Shown one piece after another: positions 59,028 to 64,000 of a DNA stretch of 64,000 nt. The stretch is from Candidatus Moranbacteria bacterium GW2011_GWF2_35_54 (GTDB lineage: Bacteria > Patescibacteriota > Minisyncoccia > Moranbacterales > UBA9337). The position numbers and the translations under genes are program-made. A model generated the notes under the pieces. The model searched no databases and had not been told where the DNA came from. It saw only the letters and a program-made list of their open reading frames with translations. Each line of letters opens with the position of its first letter. The stretch's first letter is position 1. The DNA lies in NCBI GenBank assembly GCA_000990945.1, contig LBQR01000003.1:11089-75088 (forward strand). The letters run 5' to 3'.

Positions 59028-59375
59028 TTACTCAGCTTTAGCTTCCTCAGTAACTGGAGATTCTAAAGTAGTAGCAACCGCTGGAGCTTCTTCTGTCTTG
59101 ACTTCTTCTACTTTTTTCATCTTAACAATTCTCTTTTTGGCTTCGATAACTTTTTGGGCTACCAACAAATTGTGCACGGAGTCTGAAGCTTGAGCGCCTG
59201 TTCCTAGCCAATATTGAATTCTTTCATTTTTAAAAACACCTTTTTTCTGGGCTGGATCCCAACTTCCCAAGATTTCGATGTGTTTTCCGGTTGGAGTAGC
59301 TGAATTCTCTTGAACTACAATTCTAAATTGAGGTTTATTTTTTCTTCCTACTCTTGAAAATCTAATAACTATCAT
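59028..59375 (-). CDS. rpsP: 30S ribosomal protein S16 with C-terminal extension
   Basis: MIVIRFSRVGRKNKPQFRIVV...GSWDP. Confidence 0.85.
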   Translation of the reverse strand: MIVIRFSRVGRKNKPQFRIVVQENSATPTGKHIEILGSWDPAQKKGVFKNERIQYWLGTGAQASDSVHNLLVAQKVIEAKKRIVKMKKVEEVKTEEAPAVATTLESPVTEEAKAE

Positions 59376-59591
59376 AAAAACAAAAATATAGCTTACCTAC
59401 TGTTTTTCGAGTATTTAAGCACCATTTATAAATTATTTTATTGTCTATACCTGAGCTTACAGTATTTATTTAAATATGTCAAGAATTAAAATATCACTGT
59501 CAATCTTAGTATCCACCCCTCTCATCTATTTACTATTTTCCCTTATAGCTATATCTTTAAAATAAAGTAAAACGGCAAAAATAATCAACTA

Positions 59592-60995
59592 ATGTCCATG
59601 CTAGAAATTCTCACTAAATTACTTTTCTTATATTTACCTTTCCAAATCGCTCTTAATCCAGCTGAAGGTTTTGATTTGGCGTCGGTGAGAATTATTATTC
59701 CCTTATTATTTATTGCTTGGCTGATTGACGGACTAAAAAATAAAAAAATAATCATTCCTAATAATTTAACTTTTTTCTTACTAATTTCTTTTTTATTTTT
59801 AACTTCTTTTTCTTTATTTTTTGCTGAGAATTTTGTTTGGGGGTTACGGAAGTTAATCTTTCTATTTTCGATTTTTCCGCTCTTTTTTGTTGTCCATGCT
59901 ATCTTCTCATCTAATCAAGCTAAAAAACTCTCTTTGCTTAAATTCACAGCTCTGGGGGGCGTTTTTACAGCACTTCTCGGAATAATTCAATTTTTATTAC
60001 AACTTATCATTCCTTTAAATAAACTGTACTCTGCTTGGGCGATTATCATTGTTCCTTTTTTGGGAAATTCTTTTTCGCAGGCGGTACTTACTAATCCCAG
60101 TTGGCTGGTAAACGTCGGCGGACACACCCTGCTTCGAGCCACTGCTTTTTTCCCTGATCCGCACATGCTCGCTTTTTATCTTAACATCACTGGTTTGATT
60201 TCTTTGGGCATTTATTTTTCCCAACAAGAATATGACCTACGCACCTCCCCTCTCCCCCTCCTTGAGGGGGAGATGCCGACAGGCAGAGGGGGTGGAAAAT
60301 TAACCATTTATTTTTCTAAACATTTAAGTCCTAAAGAAATAAAAAATAAGAAGAATTATTATTTGTTTTTTTCAATCATAATATTTCTCGCTAGCTTTCT
60401 AACTTTTTCCCGCGGCGGTTATCTAGGCTTAATTGCCGGATTATTGTTTTTTGGATTTTTTACCTTCAAATCCAAATTAAAATATTTTTTTAACAACGCT
60501 AAAAGAGTAATTTCATTGATTTTTATTTTGATAACATTTAGTTTGATTCTTGCCATCCCTAATCCTATCACTAACCGCCTCACTTCAAGTTTCGATTTAT
60601 CCGAAGGTTCAAATACTGGCCGAATCGAAACTTGGAAGCAATCTTTAGAAATAATCAAAGCAAACCCCACCTTAGGAGTGGGCTTGGGAAATTATTCTCT
60701 AAGCATCAAACCCTCAGCCAATTATCGCGAACCTATTTATTCCCATAACACTTTTCTGGATATCGCTGCTGAAACTGGGATTTTAAATGCTCTTGTCTGG
60801 CTACTTTTATTTTTATTTAGTATTATTAATTTTACTCGGGGATTTATTATAAATAATGATTTTATCGATCTAGCCCTAGTCTCCGCTCTAGTTTCATTAT
60901 CTATCCACTCTCTTTTTGAAACTGCTATATTTTCAGTGCATATCCTGCCACTTATTATTTTAATTCTCAGCCTTAATAACTCAAAACAAAATTAG
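59592..60995 (+). CDS. O-antigen ligase (WaaL/Wzy_C) family membrane protein carrying an in-frame family-R repeat insertion
   Basis: Wzy_C motifs FSRGGYLGLIAGLLFF and SHNTFLDIAAETGILNAL. Repeat R6 translated as RTSPLPLLEGEMPTGRGGGK. Confidence 0.65.
   Translation: MSMLEILTKLLFLYLPFQIALNPAEGFDLASVRIIIPLLFIAWLIDGLKNKKIIIPNNLTFFLLISFLFLTSFSLFFAENFVWGLRKLIFLFSIFPLFFVVHAIFSSNQAKKLSLLKFTALGGVFTALLGIIQFLLQLIIPLNKLYSAWAIIIVPFLGNSFSQAVLTNPSWLVNVGGHTLLRATAFFPDPHMLAFYLNITGLISLGIYFSQQEYDLRTSPLPLLEGEMPTGRGGGKLTIYFSKHLSPKEIKNKKNYYLFFSIIIFLASFLTFSRGGYLGLIAGLLFFGFFTFKSKLKYFFNNAKRVISLIFILITFSLILAIPNPITNRLTSSFDLSEGSNTGRIETWKQSLEIIKANPTLGVGLGNYSLSIKPSANYREPIYSHNTFLDIAAETGILNALVWLLLFLFSIINFTRGFIINNDFIDLALVSALVSLSIHSLFETAIFSVHILPLIILILSLNNSKQN
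60244..60295. repeat. Family R copy 6, located inside CDS 59592-60995 without breaking the frame
   Basis: cctcccctctccccctccttgagggggagatgccgacaggcagagggggtgg. Confidence 0.85.
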
Positions 60996-60996
60996 C

Positions 60997-61048
60997 ACCC
61001 TCTCCACCTTGTACTCAAGGGGGAGATGTCCAGTAGGACAGAGGGGGT
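60997..61048. repeat. Family R copy 7 (intergenic between the two WaaL-like genes)
   Basis: caccctctccaccttgtactcaagggggagatgtccagtaggacagagggggtg. Confidence 0.8.
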
Positions 61049-61060
61049 GTAAAATTACCC

Positions 61061-62281
61061 ATGGCTACAATATACAACCCAATCTCCGCCAAAAATTTAA
61101 TCTACTTCACGCTATTTTTTTCTCCTGCTTATTTGATTAGATTTTCAATTTTCAATATTCCTCTTAATTTGCTGGATATTTTAATTCTGCTCACAATAGG
61201 TGTCTGGATTTATGAAAATAGCTCACATCTGTTGGAAAAAATAAAAATATCTCTTAGAAAAATTATTTTTATCCTGCCACCTGTAGCACTTATCCTGCTG
61301 GGACTTTTTATTTCAGCTTTACTGAATAATAATTTATTTAGAGAATTAGGTATCATAAAAAGCTGGTTTATTTTACCGATTATTTTCGGCTTTATCACTT
61401 TTGTTGAAATTAAAAAAAATCCAGAATTCGATAAAATTCTAAATACTATTTTCTTTTCATCTTTTTTTATTTCTATTGTAAGCCTTCTTTACCTTGCTTT
61501 GGGTCAAATAACTTATGATGGACGCCTCAATGCTTTTTATCTTTCCCCTAATCATTTAGCTATGATAATTGCGCCTGGCTTTTTAATTGGATGCTGGAAA
61601 CTTGTTACAAAGAAAAATATAAATTATTATTTAATAATTTATCTTGTGCTTATGGCTCTTTCCCTGTTTTATACCCATTCTTATGCCACTTGGATTAGTA
61701 TATTTTTTTCTATTTTCGTGATTTTAATTTCTGCCCGGAAAAAATATCTTTTAATTTTAATCATAGCAATTTTATTTTTCTTTTCCCTGGAATACAATTC
61801 TGACAAATTCAAAAATATTTTCAATTATTCAGCCAGTTCTTCTTTGAAATCAAGGTTGGTTATCTGGCAAGTTTCTGAGAAAATTATCTTTGATAATTGG
61901 CTTTGGGGAATTGGAGCGGGAAATTTTCAAGAAAAATATTTATCCTACCAAAAATATTTTACTCCTTATCCGCAGTGGGCTGTACCCCAGCCCCACAATA
62001 TTTTCTTAGCTTTTTGGCTTCAGACAGGACTCATTGGACTGATTGGTTTTTTATATCTAATAATTGCTTGGGGTCTAGAAACAATAAAAATCCTTGTTTT
62101 ATCTAAGGATTCTACTGAGAAAAATTTGTCTTTAATTTTACTTGCAATTATTTTTTCTATGTTAATTGCCGGATTGTTTGACACCCCTTACTGGAAAAAT
62201 GATTTATCTCTGATATTTTGGACCATAATTTCTACAGGCGCTAAGTCGCGCTACTTTTTACTAAAGAAGAATTCTAAATAA
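61061..62281 (+). CDS. O-antigen ligase (WaaL/Wzy_C) family membrane protein, paralog 2
   Basis: THSYATWISIFFSIFVIL and PHNIFLAFWLQTGLIGLIGF motifs. Confidence 0.65.
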   Translation: MATIYNPISAKNLIYFTLFFSPAYLIRFSIFNIPLNLLDILILLTIGVWIYENSSHLLEKIKISLRKIIFILPPVALILLGLFISALLNNNLFRELGIIKSWFILPIIFGFITFVEIKKNPEFDKILNTIFFSSFFISIVSLLYLALGQITYDGRLNAFYLSPNHLAMIIAPGFLIGCWKLVTKKNINYYLIIYLVLMALSLFYTHSYATWISIFFSIFVILISARKKYLLILIIAILFFFSLEYNSDKFKNIFNYSASSSLKSRLVIWQVSEKIIFDNWLWGIGAGNFQEKYLSYQKYFTPYPQWAVPQPHNIFLAFWLQTGLIGLIGFLYLIIAWGLETIKILVLSKDSTEKNLSLILLAIIFSMLIAGLFDTPYWKNDLSLIFWTIISTGAKSRYFLLKKNSK

Positions 62282-62376
62282 CCCCTCGCTTTTTCTATCT
62301 ATAAAAAACAAGAAGTCTTCATTGGGAGATAACAATAAATTAGTTGCATCTATATCCTGCTTAATGTATTTCTCCT

Positions 62377-62964
62377 CTATAATTTTTTCTTTCTTGGCGC
62401 TTTATAAATTTTATTATTCAAATAATCGTTGGGCATAACTAAATTGTTTTCGATATTTACCGGCATCGCACAATACACACTTTTATTGTTATTTGTCCAA
62501 ACACATTTATTGGACATGGTGGGAAAATTTAGATTTAAACAATCATTAGTTTTTATATCGCAAACTTCTAAAATTAAATTGCTTCCTCCTTTTTGAGAAA
62601 CGCTGCTTCTCAGGAATTTACCCCCATCTTTGGACCACAAATAATCAGCTCCAAATTTCGATTCTCCCCTTTTTTCCAACTCTCCTTCTCCAAAGGGTAT
62701 TATTGTTAAATTTGACTCTTTGAAAGCGTCTGGCTGCAACCAGAAAGAAGCCTTGGCTGATCTTGGTATATCGCTTATATAAATTTTATCATCTTCAATT
62801 TTGGCTATTTCCTTCCAATTACTTCCGTCTGGGTCAGAAATATTTAAAGTTTTCTTTCCACTGGCTTGATCTTCGTAAGTATAGACAATTTTCTGATAAA
62901 AATTTATCCAGTTCAGTGCTTTTGAATTTTTTATAAGTTTTTCTTTATTTCCAAAAGAATACAA
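62377..62964 (-). CDS. Hypothetical protein
   Basis: ORF only. Confidence 0.4.
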   Translation of the reverse strand: MYSFGNKEKLIKNSKALNWINFYQKIVYTYEDQASGKKTLNISDPDGSNWKEIAKIEDDKIYISDIPRSAKASFWLQPDAFKESNLTIIPFGEGELEKRGESKFGADYLWSKDGGKFLRSSVSQKGGSNLILEVCDIKTNDCLNLNFPTMSNKCVWTNNNKSVYCAMPVNIENNLVMPNDYLNNKIYKAPRKKKL

Positions 62965-62984
62965 ATAGAAAGAATCTTTAATTT

Positions 62985-63317
62985 TCAGTATGGCTTCCTT
63001 CTTATTTTTATTCCAACATCATTGGATAATTTATTCTTAATAGATTTTCCGTCAAATGAAGCTGTCCAAAAACTTCTGTCTTCACTGCTATAATACTGGA
63101 TTTTCTCGCCATCTTCGCTTAGCGACAAACCTCGTGTGCCTTTTTCAACTAGCTGAACCAACTTATCCAGATTGTTAAGGCTGCTTTTTTTGTCATTTTT
63201 TATCAGCTTATCTGCAGGGACGCTTTGCTCGTCTTGCGCCAAAAATAAATTGTACGCAATATAAAAACTCCCCACTAAAAAAAGCAACACAGATGAAATT
63301 ATAAAAACTTTCTTCAT
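62985..63317 (-). CDS. Hypothetical membrane-anchored/secreted protein
   Basis: N-terminal hydrophobic segment. Confidence 0.4.
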   Translation of the reverse strand: MKKVFIISSVLLFLVGSFYIAYNLFLAQDEQSVPADKLIKNDKKSSLNNLDKLVQLVEKGTRGLSLSEDGEKIQYYSSEDRSFWTASFDGKSIKNKLSNDVGIKIRRKPY

Positions 63318-63324
63318 TTTTAGA

Positions 63325-64000
63325 TTATCTAAAAAAATTATCTAAGATTTCTTTTGCCCCAAAGTCATAATGACTCCCGATGCGAAAATAATAGTCACTC
63401 ATTTGTTCCGGAATATTGTAAGCCAACCCTGCTATTATCTTTAAGGCTTTCTTCCCCATAGTCGGACTACTGGATTCGGATACCTTCACCGTTATTGAAT
63501 CTGCTATTTTTTTGCCCCCCGTTTCGCCTTCTGCCAATCCCCAGCTTTTTAAATTTGCCCTCTGGGCATCTGACTGCCAATATTCAGCTTCAAAAGAAAT
63601 ATTCACCATTGATCCTACTGAATATGCGCTTAAATCTATAGTGCAAGAAGCGCTCGTGCATCCTTCAATGGGAGTTCCATTAACTGAATACTTGACATTT
63701 TTTAAGCTAGTTGGATCAGTGCCAATCCAAGCTGGATAATATGTTGGCGTAATAGTAACCGAACCGCTTCCATTAAATACATTTTCTTTGCAATCAGGCA
63801 TTGCTTCTGGAAGCGTCTTAGGGTCCGCCGGATCAACTTTTGTCGGATCGACTACAGTAACATACGTGCCCATTACAGCTGTATCGTCAACTTTGCCATT
63901 TAAATCCTTGCAAATATTCTCTCCTGTAGTATTATCAACTACTTCTCCTCTATTTATTCTATTATTAGGACCAATACCTACCATTAGCTTAGTAACTACA
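63325..64000 (-). CDS. Hypothetical protein, probably 5'-truncated by window edge
   Basis: Frame remains open to the end of the window. Confidence 0.4.
   Translation of the reverse strand, partial: VVTKLMVGIGPNNRINRGEVVDNTTGENICKDLNGKVDDTAVMGTYVTVVDPTKVDPADPKTLPEAMPDCKENVFNGSGSVTITPTYYPAWIGTDPTSLKNVKYSVNGTPIEGCTSASCTIDLSAYSVGSMVNISFEAEYWQSDAQRANLKSWGLAEGETGGKKIADSITVKVSESSSPTMGKKALKIIAGLAYNIPEQMSDYYFRIGSHYDFGAKEILDNFFR

Noticed and set aside
1-64000. CRISPR array
   Set aside because: Repeat copies are dispersed one per locus with different families. There is no regular repeat-spacer periodicity and no cas genes.
1-64000. Alternative genetic code (UGA recoding as in SR1/Gracilibacteria)
   Set aside because: Very long ORFs (dnaX, 1459-aa and 2273-aa proteins, ABC genes) are intact with the standard code. 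Genes end at normal stops followed by terminators.

Overview
This is an AT-rich, gene-dense chromosomal segment from a small-genome bacterium. Long ORFs (dnaX, a 2273-aa protein) are intact in the standard code, so there is no UGA recoding. Its gene content suggests a Patescibacteria/CPR-like lineage: LTD-containing giant surface proteins, a four-helix-bundle protein, a DedA-PAP2 fusion and many small hypothetical genes. Coordinates of repeats and sites were placed by eye and may be off by 1-2 nt.

What the window encodes:
- About 58 protein genes and one tRNA-Gln(TTG); no rRNA and no CRISPR array.
- Recognisable housekeeping genes: a DEAD-box helicase (5' partial), a Pif1-family helicase, mltG, a murE-like Mur ligase, rsmI, rsmA/ksgA, dnaX, rplJ-rplL and rpsP.
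- An ECF sigma/anti-sigma pair next to a YknXYZ/MacAB-like ABC efflux module.
- Two tandem WaaL-like O-antigen-ligase paralogs.
- A long same-strand array (18290-24658): HD nucleotidase, HAD phosphatase, APH-like kinase, HD hydrolase, hypothetical, MFS transporter, STAS-like DUF4325 and a GHKL ATPase.
- Two very large secreted proteins. One is a 1459-aa collagen-like fibre with a phage-tail-fibre S74 intramolecular-chaperone domain. The other is a 2273-aa LTD/TSP3/beta-helix/FN3 protein.

Non-coding structure:
- Four families of small palindromic/MITE-like repeats. A GC-rich hairpin element is present in 7 copies, one inserted in-frame in a WaaL-like gene. Two further families have terminal inverted repeats. 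A fourth is a 'tttagcgaggcgag' family.
- A ~90-nt conserved 5' leader shared by the Pif1 helicase gene and an unrelated small gene.
- A recurrent gene-oriented upstream motif (TAATATGCTAAC[A/G]TG) at seven or more loci.
- TTCGTA direct-repeat arrays upstream of envelope genes.
- A ~470-bp intergenic region with two ~110-bp direct repeats carrying perfect palindromes.

No single canonical defence or mobile system is evident. The most unusual material is the repeat/leader architecture, the signal-peptide-bearing S74 fibre protein, and the regulated GHKL-STAS/nucleotide-hydrolase operon.
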